Below, one piece after another: positions 1 to 12,964 of a stretch of 64,000 nt of DNA. The DNA is from Octopus vulgaris (lineage: Eukaryota). The notes under the pieces were generated by a model. The model was not told the origin of the DNA and searched no databases. It was given only the letters and a program-made list of their open reading frames with translations. Numbering within the stretch: the first letter of the stretch is position 1; each line of letters starts with the position of its first letter. A program made the translations under genes and the position numbers. The stretch covers positions 85,374,001 through 85,438,000 of the forward strand of contig OX597822.1 in NCBI GenBank assembly GCA_951406725.2. The letters run 5' to 3'.

Positions 1-11
1 CATTATAAATA

Positions 12-168
12 GGCACAGGGAGGGGGGGCTGTGTGGTATGTAGCCTGCTTTCCGGGTTCAGTCCCACTGCGTTGCACCTTGTGCAAGTGTCTTCTACTAT
101 AGCCTAGGGCTGACTAAAGCCTTGTGAGTGGATTTGGTAGACAGAAACTGAAAGAAGCCCGTCGTATG

Positions 169-236
<68 letters not shown>

Positions 237-530
237 TGTATGCATGCATGCATGCATGTATGTATGTATGTATGTATGTATGTTTGTATGTATGTATGTA
301 TGTATGTATGTATGTATGTATGTATGTATGAATGCGTGTGTATATGTTTATCCGTCTATCCCCCCACTATCGCTTGATAACCTATGTTGGTGTGTTTATG
401 TCCTCTTAACCGATAGAATAAGTACTAAGCTTGCAAAGAATAAGTCCTGGGGTCGATTTGTTCGACATAAAGGCGGTGCTCCAGCATGGCCGCAACCAAA
501 TGACTGTAACAAATGAAAGAATAAAAGAAT
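12..530 (+). mobile_element. tRNA-derived SINE family 1 with internal microsatellite
   Basis: Head GGCACAGG..GGCTGTGTGGTA..GGGTTCAGTCCCACTGCG (A/B-box-like), CACCTTGTGCAAGTGTCTTC core, internal (TA)n/(TATG)n, 3' end GGTGCTCCAGCATGGCCGCA..AAAGAATAAAAG; same sequence recurs >12 times in the window. Confidence 0.85.
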
Positions 531-974
531 ACACACACACACACACACACATGCGCATATACTCTTTTACTCTTTTACTTGTCTCAATCATTTGACTGTG
601 GCCATGCTGGAGCATGGTCCAGCTCGCTTCCCTTTGTTTATCAAGCAAGAAAGTGAAGACGAATGCGATAACGGATGGATGTGAACTCGGAATGTAAACA
701 CCATTTAGTTTCATGCTTTTACTGTTTCGACACGTACATATCGATTATTGATTTAACAGAAATGATTTTTACCACAGGTACATGACAGCAAATTGTGAAG
801 GACGTGAGGTGTCGGGGGTGAAGTAACAGTCGATTATCGATCTCAGCTATTTGATTGGTATTTATTTTATTCATCTAGGTAGGATGAATATCAAAGCCAA
901 CTTATAACCGCACGAAGAAATGACACTAAATGCTTGAAACCATTTATTAGGATGCTCTGCTGATTCTGTCTAGA

Positions 975-2200
975 TTTTTGAAGCTAGAACTACGTCGTAT
1001 GAGCATCGGATTGAAAGAGTGCTTGAGTCTGGTAAATGCCAGATTTTATGGGAATGTCTTATTTAACCCTTTGACATTCAGATTATTCTGTCAAATGTAA
1101 AGCTTATGTATTCACACCCTGTAAAATTAATCTTGCATCATTTCATGGCTTTGAGATTTCAATGATGTGATTGTTTATTTTTAAAATGACACAATAAGAT
1201 AGCTATGAATGACCATATCTGACTAGTTTGAACATAAAATAGGTAGAATATTTTGGCCGGATATGGCTGGTTTAAACACTAAAGTGTTAAACGGACAAGA
1301 AGCTAGAAAATGAAAAGCCAGAAGTAACAATAATAGACAAGAAGAAGCAAAGCTGATCCGTCTAGTCGGTTTGATTCCAGGAGTGTAAAGAAAGAAGACG
1401 AAAAAAATTTTTTAATTGTGTTATGTCTGGGGAGAGTCATTCTCTTTTAGTGCCTTATAATTTAACATACTCACCGGTAAAATTTCCATTCATTTCCTTC
1501 TTTACTTTTTTTCAAGTCTTCGTTGCGTCTTGCAAACTTTGCAGTAGTTTTGACTCTGTCCGCTACACTGTGTTCCTTTTAGTTTGTTTGTGCGCATGTG
1601 TGTGGGTTAGCGTGTGTGTGTGTGTGCATACACATGCATGTATGTATGTATGCATGCATGTGTGTGTATTCATGTATGTGGGTGTGTGCATATGTATATA
1701 TGTATATGTGTGTGTGCATTTGTATGTATTCTGTATATTCATGTGTTTGCGTGTCCGTGTGTGTGTGTGTGTGTATGTGTGTGTGTGTGTATGTGTGTGT
1801 GTATGTGTGTGTGTATGTGTGTGTGTGTCCGGTTACGTGTTTCAGTCTTCATTTCCTTAGAACTCATTCTATCGGTTACGGGTACATAAACACACCAACA
1901 TTTAAAGTTTGAAATTGCAAGAATTTGGAATATGAAAAACTGTAACGGTTGTGCCTATAATAATAAATGGTGCATAAGGAATTGTAGGTAAAGATATAGA
2001 CAAATGGTCGAAGGAGATTGGAATAGAATGCCCTGTAGTCCTTATGATTATCAGGAGGGTCTTAAGCACTTGAAAGACTATTGAAAACTAGTGGATGCCT
2101 AAGGTTACAGGTACTAACTTGCTACCCCCACCACCACTATAAATTCTACCAGGAATAATATCAAACCTAAATAAAATCAAAAGCAACAATAATAATAATA
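975..2200 (+). mobile_element. Degenerate R4/Dong-like non-LTR retrotransposon 3' fragment (REL endonuclease), interrupted by insertions
   Basis: Manual translation: YEHRIERVLESGKCQILWECLI (~994-1063), TDKKLENEKPEVTIIDKKKQ (1291-1350), EIARIWNMK..TVVPIII..GIVGKDIDKWSKEIGIE..IIRRVLST* (~1910-2073); ends near (AAT)n. Confidence 0.65.
1067..1286. mobile_element. piggyBac-like MITE (TTAA TSD)
   Basis: TTAA at 1063-1066 and 1287-1290; imperfect TIRs CCCTTTGACATT / AACACTAAAGTG; removing it rejoins the R4-like reading frame (WECLI*TDKKL). Confidence 0.6.
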
Positions 2201-2239
2201 GTTTAAGCAACAAGAACAACAATAATGACAGTGGTTTCA

Positions 2240-2645
2240 AATTATGGCACAAGGCCAGGAATTTCGGATGTGGAGGTTAGTCGATTACATCGATCCCAGT
2301 AATCAGCTGGTACTTATTTTAACGACCCCCGAGACAATGAAAGGCAATGTCGATGTCGGCTGAATTTGAACTCAGAACGTCAAGACGGACGAAATGTCGC
2401 TGAACATTTTGCCCGGCGTGCTAACGATTCTGCCAGCTTGTTTCTATTTGTGGGACAAGATCAGTAATTTTGAAAGAACGGAGCAATTCAATTGCATCGA
2501 CCCAAGTACTGCACTGGTACTATATTTCATCGTCTCCAAAAGGCTGTGAGTCAAACTCGAACTCGATAACATGGAAAATCAAAACGTAGACTCGCTGTTG
2601 TCAATATCGTAAAGGATTTTAAGCAATGCGCTAACGATTCGGCCA
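2240..2645 (-). mobile_element. Two tandem copies of tRNA-derived SINE family 2 (second copy diverged)
   Basis: Reverse complement of the family consensus GAGCTGGCAGAATCGTTAGCACGCCGGGC..GTTCTGAGTTCAAATT..GCCTTTCAT..GGGGTCG..AAGTACCAG. Confidence 0.75.
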
Positions 2646-3153
2646 ATCACATTGGATGACTATTGCTGTTGTTAGTTCATATGCGAGTATGTGTGTGTAT
2701 GTGTGTGTATGTGTGTGTGTGTGTGAGTGTGTGTGTGTGTGCGTGTGTGTGGATATGTGTGTGTGAGACAGTTAGTAATATATAAATATATATAAAAATA
2801 GACAGACATGTATGCGAATATATATACATACATGGATACGTGCGTGTGTGTGTGTACACGCGCGATCTTTATTACTAAAACAAGAACCCTGGACCGAGGT
2901 AACAGGTTTGTCTCAGGCCAGTGTTCAGTGATGGGGCTGTTCTCCCCCGTCACGTCTAACCGCTGAACACACATGGCGCCGTTTCTGTGTGCAAACATAT
3001 GTAAACGGTACGGAAAATGTTCGATTGATTAACAAGAGTTGAGTGGGATCTGAGAGATGGTAGGGCCTGAGAGAGTGTAGGGGCATGGCGGTGGGATGTT
3101 GTGGTCGTGCAGTGTTTGAGGGTTTGCCTATGTGTGTGTGCATACTTGCGTGT

Positions 3154-3202
<49 letters not shown>

Positions 3203-3287
3203 ACTCCAATTCGTCGCAAAATGTTAAAAAGGCGGACAGAGATCGGACATAGAAGTCAAGTAAAGAAAGACGACAGAGAAGGCTAAG

Positions 3288-3614
3288 TACATATACATAC
3301 ATACATACACACACACATACATACATACATACATACATACATACATACATACATACATACATACATACATGCATGCAGGCATGCATACATACATACATAC
3401 ATACATACATACATTCATACATGCATACATGCATACATGCATACATGCATACATACCTACATACAAGCATACATGCATACATACATACATACATACATAC
3501 ATACATACATACATACATGCATACATCCATACATGCATACATACCTACATACAAGCATACATACATACATACATACATACATACATACATACATACATAC
3601 ATACATACATACAT
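3288..3614. repeat. (TACA)n/(ATGT)n compound microsatellite
   Basis: Direct reading; TGCA/TACC variants interspersed. Confidence 0.95.
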
Positions 3615-3805
3615 GCATGGTGGCTCCCCCCTCGTTATCGAGGATGGCCATTGCACGAAGCTTAATCAATGTTGTTATCGTGCAATGCCTGTGCAAGAAG
3701 ATTTTTTTAAAGTGATGAAAGGCTGTGCACTAAGTCAATCCCACTAAGCAACAGCAGCCATAATCCGAAAAGAAGAACAAGTCAACATCATTGGTAACCA
3801 CTGAG
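3614..3805 (-). mobile_element. 3'-terminal fragment of RTE LINE within (ATGT)n
   Basis: Reverse complement AAGCTTCGTGCAATGGCCATCCTCGATAACGAGGGGGAGCCACCATG matches the 3' end of the RTE at 57342-57388; flanked on both sides by (TACA)n. Confidence 0.75.
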
Positions 3806-3873
3806 CATACATACATACATACATACATGCATACATACATACATACATACATACATATACATACATACATACA

Positions 3874-3902
<29 letters not shown>

Positions 3903-3904
<2 letters not shown>

Positions 3905-4948
3905 GGATATGTTAGCAGAAAGCTCTGTGATAATAGTAACATCGATCATCAAAGCATTTTATCATGGACCAATAGCCGGATTACTAACTCACACTTTGAA
4001 GGGTATGCATTTGCAATCTAGGAACAGGAAATATCAACCAAGTACCTGATGCACAAAAGGGACAGAGATTCAGGAAAAGCCATAAAATGTGACAACCGAT
4101 GCAGACTTTATGGGAGTTCACACTGAAGATATTACCTACATCATAAGCAGTTGTCCAAAAATGTTATCACAGTATTATCTACCGATGAGACATGACGTTG
4201 TAGCTAGGATACTCTATAATGAAATCTGTAGGAAGGATAACTCCAAGGACAAAGAAATAAGAGCCCAGAGTATGGTAGAAGCCATAGCCACTCATAATGA
4301 AAAGGAATACAGGTGGAATGTCCCAGTAAAGACCTCAATAAAATGTAAGCACAACAGACCTCATATGATTTGGGATAGAGAAGAGAAACTCTGCACAGTT
4401 GTGGAAATCAGCTGCCCAGCGGATGTTAACATAAAGCTGAAGGTCAGTGAAAAAGAGAACACCTATGATGAACTATTGAGACATCTGCAGTTACTCTATC
4501 CAGATTACAAGTTCAGGTTTATACCTGTAATTATTGGGGCCTTAAATACTAGTCTTGAGAAATTAGGTTTCTCAAAATCAGAAAGGAGAAAGCTAATTCG
4601 AGGACTACAGATCCAATCCATCACTGGGACTGTAAAAATCTGTAAAACTTTCCAGAAGTTTATCATTTAAATATATATAAGTATGTCTAGATATGTAACT
4701 ATATGCATGAGAATAAAACATGCAAATCTGCTCATACATACATTCATACATACAAACATACATACATGCATACATACATACATACATACATACATACATA
4801 CATACATACATACATACATACATACATACATACAAACAAACAAAAATAGCTTGTTGATATTGAAATTCCAATGAAGGCGCCTTGGGTCTAGGTTAGAAAC
4901 CGGTTCTTTCTCTGTTGGCAGGAAATCTTGAAATAAACTGAATAATGA
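3903..4948 (+). mobile_element. 5'-truncated R4/Dong-like non-LTR retrotransposon (CCHC knuckle remnant + REL endonuclease + 3'UTR)
   Basis: HFEGYAFAI*EQEISTKYL..CDNRCRL (frameshift) EDITYIISSCPKM..MRHDVVA..KHNRPH..VVEISCPAD..EKENTY..IPVIIGAL..TVKICKTFQKFII* (ORF 4089-4670); flanked by (TACA)n on both sides. Confidence 0.85.
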
Positions 4949-5043
4949 TATACATACATACATACATGTACACTCACATACATTCATACAGACACACATA
5001 TACATATATGAGTATATATGTATGAGTACCTATACAAATACAA

Positions 5044-5092
<49 letters not shown>

Positions 5093-5379
5093 CATCAGCT
5101 CTTGCAGCTCCAGGGAATTTCATTCACTAATTTGCATATTATAATGGTTTAACATTTTATTTTGATATCCGATGCCTGATATTATAACTTCTGGCGTGTT
5201 TTTTCAACTTTTTCTGTATATATAATTTCTTTAGGTTCCTTTCGGTTCCAGAATACCTTTTTTTTTTTATTGAAATTTAATGCTATGACTATTCTTTAAC
5301 TTATTTCTTTAAAGATTGATTCAAATTTCTTTGGTATTCTTTATCCAACCAACGACTCTCACATTTTTCGATATATATA

Positions 5380-5538
5380 AAGGGAGAATTCACCAAAAAC
5401 AACAGACAAGGACAGGTGGTGTAGACAACAAACAGATGTATTAGTATAACGCTCGGGAAGTGAAAAAGTCTTTAACGTTTCGAGCCTGCAATCTTCCACA
5501 GAAAGAAACAAGGAGAGTAAGTAACGTGTAGTGGCTAA

Positions 5539-5542
<4 letters not shown>
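5380..5542 (-). mobile_element. Short non-coding HHR-bearing element, family B
   Basis: Homologous to 14458-14668, 36885-37035 and 57462-57630; minus strand TCTTT-CTGTGGAA-GATTGCAGGCTC-GAAA-CG-TT-AAAGA; flanked by (TA)n. Confidence 0.65.
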
Positions 5543-5578
<36 letters not shown>

Positions 5579-5774
5579 ATATATATAGTCATGGTATGTT
5601 CTGTTAACAACATAGTAGAGTACAATACAAAGCTCGTCCATCGTCAGATATCACCCTGTGTTATCCAGCACTTCCAAGTTTGTGTTTAGGTATCGGTCGT
5701 ATGTGAATAGAAAATTGAAAAAATTAGCGTCAACAAGGAGTCAACAAGACTCCAATTTTTAAAATTATATAAAC

Positions 5775-5875
<101 letters not shown>

Positions 5876-5900
5876 TGCGTGTATATATATATATATATAT

Positions 5901-6216
5901 ATATAATAACTATTTAATAAATAAAACATATGCATACATACATATATGTACATACCTACATCTAACATGCATTGAGTCGAAACAGGGGCAGCTGATGAAG
6001 GGGAATATTCCTTGTATTGTTTGTCTTGTACTCTGTTTTTTCGTTGTTAAAAAAAAGTCCGTTTCCTTGTTTGATTTTATGTTTTCGTTTCTCGTTGTGT
6101 TCTACGTTTATTTGTGGTGTCCTGTACTCATATATGCATGTATATATACATATAGATGTAGGTATGTACATATATGTATGTATGCATATGTTTTATTAAT
6201 TAAATTGTTATTATAT
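5901..6216. repeat. Inverted repeat (~64-bp arms) around a ~190-bp spacer
   Basis: 5901-5964 is the near reverse complement of 6153-6216. Confidence 0.85.
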
Positions 6217-6351
6217 GATTGAACGCCATACGTCGTTTTCTTCTCCAAGTAAGTATATATTTCCCTTCTTTCCTGAGCGTCAAATAATACTTTAATTGTT
6301 CCACGTCCTCGCGTTGCTGTGTTTTTTCTGTGTTTTCTTGTTTGGATTAAC

Positions 6352-6496
<145 letters not shown>

Positions 6497-6835
6497 CATA
6501 TATATGTATGTATATGCCGGTATTATCTTATACATAAATATATTATGTTGCACAGTCAAAATTATCTTTTATTTCTCTATTGGTAATTGATATAGCAATC
6601 GTTCATAATTAATACAGCAATCGTTCGCCCTCGAAAGTAGGGAATTTTACCGTCAACTTCTCATCTTATCCATTTATTTATGTTTTCCGACAATGGCTTT
6701 TGTGGGGAAACTTTAAAATTGCCCATGATAACAATCCGACTCGCGCAAGTTAAGAAAAATTCTAATATGCTCCAGTCAACTGTTAAAATAATCGGTAATA
6801 AAAACATCGAACAGCGTCTTTTTCACCGCCCGACA

Positions 6836-7094
6836 GGGATGTAAACACACCCACATTGGTTGCCAAGCGGTGGTGGTGGGACAAACAGAGACAAAAAGAC
6901 ACACACATAGATATATACATATAAGTTGGGCTTCTTTCAGTTTCCATCTATCAAATCCACTCACAAGGCTTTGATCGGCCCGAGACTATAGTAGAAAACA
7001 CTTACTAGCCCAAGGTGCCACGCAGTGGGACTGAACTTGGAACCATGTGGTTGAGAGAAGCACGCTTCTTACCACACAACCACGCCTGCACCTA
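6836..7094 (-). mobile_element. SINE family 1 (partial)
   Basis: Reverse-complement match to the family 1 head and core. Confidence 0.8.
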
Positions 7095-7343
7095 TGAAAA
7101 ATTTTATTACACACTTAAAAATAAGACAAAAATATATAAGAATCGTAATTGAGAAGTCTGTAATTCTTCCATAATCCATTCATATAAAAAATAATCCTTT
7201 ACTGTTTTATTAGTTTCAGCTCGAGAGTTGTGGCCAAGCTGGGGTATCGCCGTTCAACTTAATGCAACATTCCACCAATAGTGTGTCCCACATCGAATAG
7301 AAAAAAATATGTAATTAACCGGTTAATATTATTCCTACTATGA

Positions 7344-7525
7344 AGGCGACCAGCTGGCAGAAACGTTAGCACGCCGGGCGAAATGCTGAGCAGTATTTCG
7401 CCCATCGCTACGTTCTGAGTTCAAATACCACCCAAGTCGACTTTGCCTTTTATCCTTTCGGGGTCGATAAATTAAGTACCAGTTGCGTACTGGAGTCGGA
7501 CCTTGTGCCTAGAGTAGAAAAGAAT
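7344..7525 (+). mobile_element. SINE family 2
   Basis: GGCGACCAGCTGGCAGAAACGTTAGCACGCCGGGCGAAATG..GAGTTCAAATAC..GCCTTTTATCCTTTCGGGGTCGATAAATTAAGTACCAG. Confidence 0.85.
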
Positions 7526-7840
7526 ATTACATCTATATATCAGATGGCGAACGGTTCGGTGTTTTGAAAATTTAGGCAATTATGAATGTATCAGCCGTGC
7601 AATTAAGCTAAATCGCCTCTTTCTTTCGCTCTCTCTTTGTCACTGTCCGTTTCATTCTTTGTCACTTTCTCTTTCTCTCTTTGTGTGTATATATATATAT
7701 AAATATATATATGTATTCATACATACTTATATTCGAATAAATTTATATAAACAAGGATAAGATCGATATTTAAATACCCATCTTATCAATGGCCAGCAAT
7801 GGGAATAAAAACCGTCAAAGGTAATAATGATTTAAAATCA

Positions 7841-8138
7841 TAATTTAGGATATCTAAGAGGTACCACCACGCTGGAAATAGTAGTCAAAACTTGACTCTA
7901 AAACCACATTAAATGTTCATACAGCACCAGGGGAGAAGACAAAGCGACAAAATAAACTAGCAAAAAAAAAAAAATACTGGATAATTCCAGATCTGGAATT
8001 ATCTAGTAATTTTTTTGCTAGTTTATTTTGTCTCTTTGTCTTCTCTCTTGGTGCTTTATGAACATTTAATATGGTTTTAGAGTCAAGTTTTGACTACTAT
8101 TTCCAGCGTGGTGGTATCTCTTAGATACCTTAAATTAT
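7841..8138. repeat. ~300-bp spacerless palindrome
   Basis: Arms mirror across centre ATAATTCCAGATCTGGAATTAT (7981-8002) with scattered mismatches. Confidence 0.9.
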
Positions 8139-8369
8139 AATTTACATATATTTGTATATATATATATATGTAAACATAATGCATAGACAGACAGAGAGAT
8201 AGAGAGATAGGCAGAGATAGATAATACACAGACAGACAGACAGACAGACACAGCTTGTAATTGTATCTTTTTGTTTGTATCAAACTTAGTTAAATGCTCA
8301 GTTTGTGTGTATAAATACATACATACGTATGTGTGTGTGTTTATATGTATTTATGTGTGTGTACATATG

Positions 8370-8582
8370 TATGTTGTCTTCTGTTTACAATTATTTCTAT
8401 TCTTCCTCTGAGGAAGGAGCTGGTTTCTAACAAACATACAAATCTCCGTCGTTGGAATGTAAATAACAAAAACAGTGTCACATTTTAAACTTTAGAAAAG
8501 TCTTGCGTATTTTGACTCTTCCACTTACATTTGTAACGTGCGAGTTGATTGGTTGATTTCTTTTTCTGAAAATCCAGGGATC
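8370..8582 (-). mobile_element. R4-like LINE 3' end (ORF C-terminus + 3'UTR)
   Basis: Minus strand encodes GFSEKEINQ..GRVKIRKTFLKFKM*, resembling the C-terminus of ORF 4089-4670; related 3' ends at ~22740-22975, 31355-31480 and 35270-35365. Confidence 0.65.
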
Positions 8583-8966
8583 TATAATATTGTGACGGAT
8601 CGTTTGAGGACTCAGATTAGTTGATCTGCTGGAAATATTAGCCAAATATCACTTGAATTACAATACTTTAGTGTCTAGAAAGGCAGAAAATACATCGAAA
8701 AATTTGTGCCGTCAATGCTAAACAACAATAACAACAACAGCAACATAGAGATTTTCTGCACAACAAGATCCAAAATAATACCATCAAAAGTCACTTTAGG
8801 CACCATTAACCAACAGACTTGGTAGTTTCTTGAATGAGATCAGAGTAACTACAAGAATTGCATTAATTCGGAAATCTGTGCCACTAGGAACAGCAGCGAA
8901 CGTTTGAAACTTTATCACTATCTAAGAAAGCAAGTTGCTACGCTGAATCAACATTTGTACATATCA

Positions 8967-9121
8967 AAGAAGAAGAAGAAGAAGAAGAAGAAGAAGAAGA
9001 AGAAGAAGAAGAAGAAGAAGAAGAAGAAGAAGAAGAAGAAGAAGAAGAAGAAGAAGAAGAAGAAGAAGAAGAAGAAGAAGAAGAAGAAGAAGAAGAAGAA
9101 GAAGAAGAAGAAGAAGAAGAA
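8967..9121. repeat. Pure (GAA)n, ~51 units
   Basis: Direct reading. Confidence 0.98.
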
Positions 9122-9614
9122 TGGTTTCATGTTTTGACGCAGGGCCAGCGATTTCGTGGGAGGAATAAGCCGATTGCAAAGTCGACCGTGGCGAAATTTG
9201 AACTCAGAGCGCAAAGACGGACGAAATACTGCTAAGTATAGTTTTTCGCTCGGCGTGCTTAACGATTCCACCAGCTCGCCGCCATATATACGCGTTTGTG
9301 TGTGTGTGAGAGAGAGAGAGAGAAGTGAGAATCTGATAGTCTAATATAAAAGTCAGGATTCTTAACTTAAAGAATTAAATTCTTCATCTTCGAAGTAGGC
9401 CAAGCTACAAAAAAGCAAATGCATGAAATCCTAAAAAGTGGTGAGCCGTATTTGATATCATAAATGATGCACGGGTGTATTGGACGCCACCCCGATGTCA
9501 GCAGCATATATGCAGGCAAAGCAAGTAACATAGGCTCAACTTTGCATATTGGACTCAGGGTGATTTTTTAAAAGACACTTGGGGTGGGGGTATCTCATTT
9601 ATATCATTAAATAT

Positions 9615-9847
9615 GTATTTCTTTACTACCCACAAGGGGCTAAACACAGAGGGGACAAACAAAGACAGAAAAACGGATTGAGTCGATTACATCGACCCCA
9701 GTGCGTAACTGGTACTTAATTTACCGACCCTGAAAGGATGAAAGGCAAAGTCAACCTCGGCGGAATTTGAACTCAGAACCTAACGGCAGACGAAATACCA
9801 CAAAGCATTTCGCCCGGCGTGCTAACGTTTCTGCCAGCTCGCCGCCT
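9615..9847 (-). mobile_element. SINE family 2
   Basis: Near full-length reverse-complement copy; an internally deleted copy lies at ~9135-9283. Confidence 0.85.
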
Positions 9848-10449
9848 TATATCATTAAATATGGTTATTCACTAACTACTTGTAGCCCAGTTTGGTCTCT
9901 TTGTTTAGACTAGTATTTATGGTCCAACATGCCGTAATTAGGGGGAGATTCTACTGCTATGTGTTGCAAGCCTTGAGATAACATAGAGGTTACCTTGCTA
10001 GCATCAACGACGATGATAACGTCGATGGCGAGTTACCAAATCATCCCAACTTACTGAAAATATCAGTGACGTTTCCTACCATTAAATCCACACTACATTG
10101 TCTTAAAAATAGGGGGGGGCGAATATATACGATATGGTCATGGAAGGAACACATGATCTTAGGATTGTTTAATCAGCGCTGAACTGGAGCTAAAATACAA
10201 CTCTCTAATAGTATCAGCCCCATGAACCCAAGAAGAATCCTGATGAGCGGCGAATGATTCAACTTCTTCCTCAAGCAATCTATTTCGTTTTACTTTCAGA
10301 TTAAGTGGAGTGAAATACTCCGGGAGATGCATAAATGACACAAATTCCTATTTACTATTTTCATATAAATTTATACCTCTTCAATTCTTTTAAAGAATCA
10401 GTGGATAATTATCAGGATTTCTCACAAAGAATTGATAATAAATTATTTC

Positions 10450-10862
10450 AAACTTTGATACGAGAACAACAATTTTAGGGAGAAAAAAAGAGTCGATTAC
10501 ATCAGCTTGATTGGTATTTACTTTATTGAGGCCGAAAGAATAAAAGGCAATGTCGACTTGGGCGGAGTTTGAACTCAGAACGTGTAGGTGCACAAAATGC
10601 CGTTTGGCATTTTGTTTGGTGTGTTAATGAAAAATGATAATAATAATCCTTTCTACTGGAAGCACAAGGCCTTAAATTCTGGGGAGGGGATTAAATCGAT
10701 TATATGAACCTCAGTACGTAACTGGTACTAATTTTACCGACCCCGAAAGGATGAAAAGCAAAGTCGACCCCCGGTAGCATTTGAACTCAGAGCATGGAGA
10801 GAAGTGAACTGCCGCTTAGCATTTCGCCCGGTGTGCTAACGAGCCTGTCAGCTCACCGCCTT
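10450..10862 (-). mobile_element. Two tandem SINE family 2 copies
   Basis: Reverse-complement matches at ~10450-10630 and ~10648-10862; adjacent (AAT)n at 10883-11025. Confidence 0.75.
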
Positions 10863-10919
10863 TAATAAGAATATAACAACAGCAATAATAATAATTATAA
10901 TAATAATAATAATAATGAC

Positions 10920-10978
<59 letters not shown>

Positions 10979-10984
10979 TAAAAA

Positions 10985-11015
<31 letters not shown>

Positions 11016-11357
11016 AATAATAATTAGTAATTTCTAACTTAGATCCCAGTTTAAGAACACTCACGATTATGTTGACCTTAAATAATAAACAATAACTATG
11101 GTAATAATGATGATGATGATGATGATGATGAGGTCAGTGGCAACTCACCCCTCCCCACAAAGAAAATAAGAAGAGAAAAGAAAACATCCAAATCGAAATA
11201 AAGCATAACAGGTGAGGCTTGCAGGTCTCCGAAAGTGAAACTGCAGTTGTGGGAGGGGAAACGTGAGGGTGTGTCGTTGTTGTAAAGTGGGCGGCACACA
11301 TGAGTGTTGATTTAACAGAAGGACCCGTCTTGGACAATGACAATAGAAACTAAACAA

Positions 11358-11391
<34 letters not shown>

Positions 11392-11433
11392 TATATATAA
11401 ATCGACAAATGCTGCACATATATATTCACACAG

Positions 11434-11477
<44 letters not shown>

Positions 11478-11606
11478 ACATATATACTTACATAGACTGT
11501 GTATGTTTATACATATCCACATACATACATGTGTATGTATATATATAGAAACACTCACATTATGTGTAACATATACATGTATATAGACACGTGTGTGTGC
11601 GTGCGT

Positions 11607-11679
<73 letters not shown>

Positions 11680-12631
11680 TATGTGTGTGTAGACAAACTC
11701 CTTGCAAGTATTTGTGCCTTGATTTCCACATTATTTTCGATCTTTTCTCCATCCTTTTAAAATCAATGTCTGTATTCCGAAGAATGGTTTTGTCCGAAAC
11801 GTCATAATTAACCTTTTCCATTTCCCATAATGTCAAACTAATAAATTTTGATCAAAAACTTATTTCGTTTTATTCTTTTCTTTCGCTTCGCGCTCACTTT
11901 CTCTTTCATCTCTATCTCTGTCTCGCCTTGCTTTATTCTCTCTCTCTCTCTCGCTCTCGCTCTCTCTCTCTCGCTCTCGCTCTCTCGCTCTCTCTTTCTG
12001 CGTACGCGTGTGTATTAGTATATCTATGTGTGTACGTGTGTGTGTGTGTGTGTGTGTTTGATTCATTTAAAGCATTGACAAATTATAAAATAAATACTTT
12101 TCATACAAACACATGAAATATATTTAATAATTAAAGTTTAGAAACACCTTTGAAAGTGTGTGGTCGATGTTGTTGTTGTTATTGTTGCTGTCGCTGTCAT
12201 CGTCGTCATTGTTGTTGTTATTGTTGCTGTCGCTTAATTCTAGCCAGCTTCAGCTTAAACAGTTCTGGAAATATCTTGTCCCTTTTATTTTACGCCGCAC
12301 AATATCAAAGTTCTTTTAAGATGTCGCGGTGTATAAAAATTGAGGAAAATTCGGTGGCTGTTACGTTATTATGCAGATGTGTGTGTGTGTGTGTGTATGT
12401 GTCTGTGTGTGTGTGTGTGCACGCGTGCTTAGAAACAACAAAGTACCAAACAAAAATGAGCTTTGACGAAATGGTTATAGAATTGGTAAAGTTACAACAC
12501 TTTAAGAATAAAATCAATGGGTCTGTTGTGCCATCGTTGAAACTAGTAGCTTGTATATACGTTTATGTGTCTATGTATGCATATATATGTGTGTGTGTGT
12601 GTGAGTGTGCGTGTGTGTATTTGCGTGCGTG

Positions 12632-12674
<43 letters not shown>

Positions 12675-12745
12675 CTGAGTATTACCATTCTGGTTGATAA
12701 CTGATGAAGAATTAGGGACACTTTATGTCTTATACGTATATATAC

Positions 12746-12857
<112 letters not shown>

Positions 12858-12900
12858 ATGTATGTATATATGTATGTATATATATGTATGTATGTATGTA

Positions 12901-12964
<64 letters not shown>

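Noticed and set aside
4862-4912. HHR-like layout (CCAATGA...GAAACCGGTT) in the R4-like 3'UTR
   Set aside because: Core lacks G5 in most copies and stems I/II do not pair convincingly; better read as a conserved 3'UTR motif
7344-7430. tRNA-like A/B boxes
   Set aside because: These are SINE heads continuing into SINE body sequence; no complete cloverleaf
8904-9271. Poly-K / poly-F / poly-L ORFs
   Set aside because: Artefacts of the (GAA)n tract
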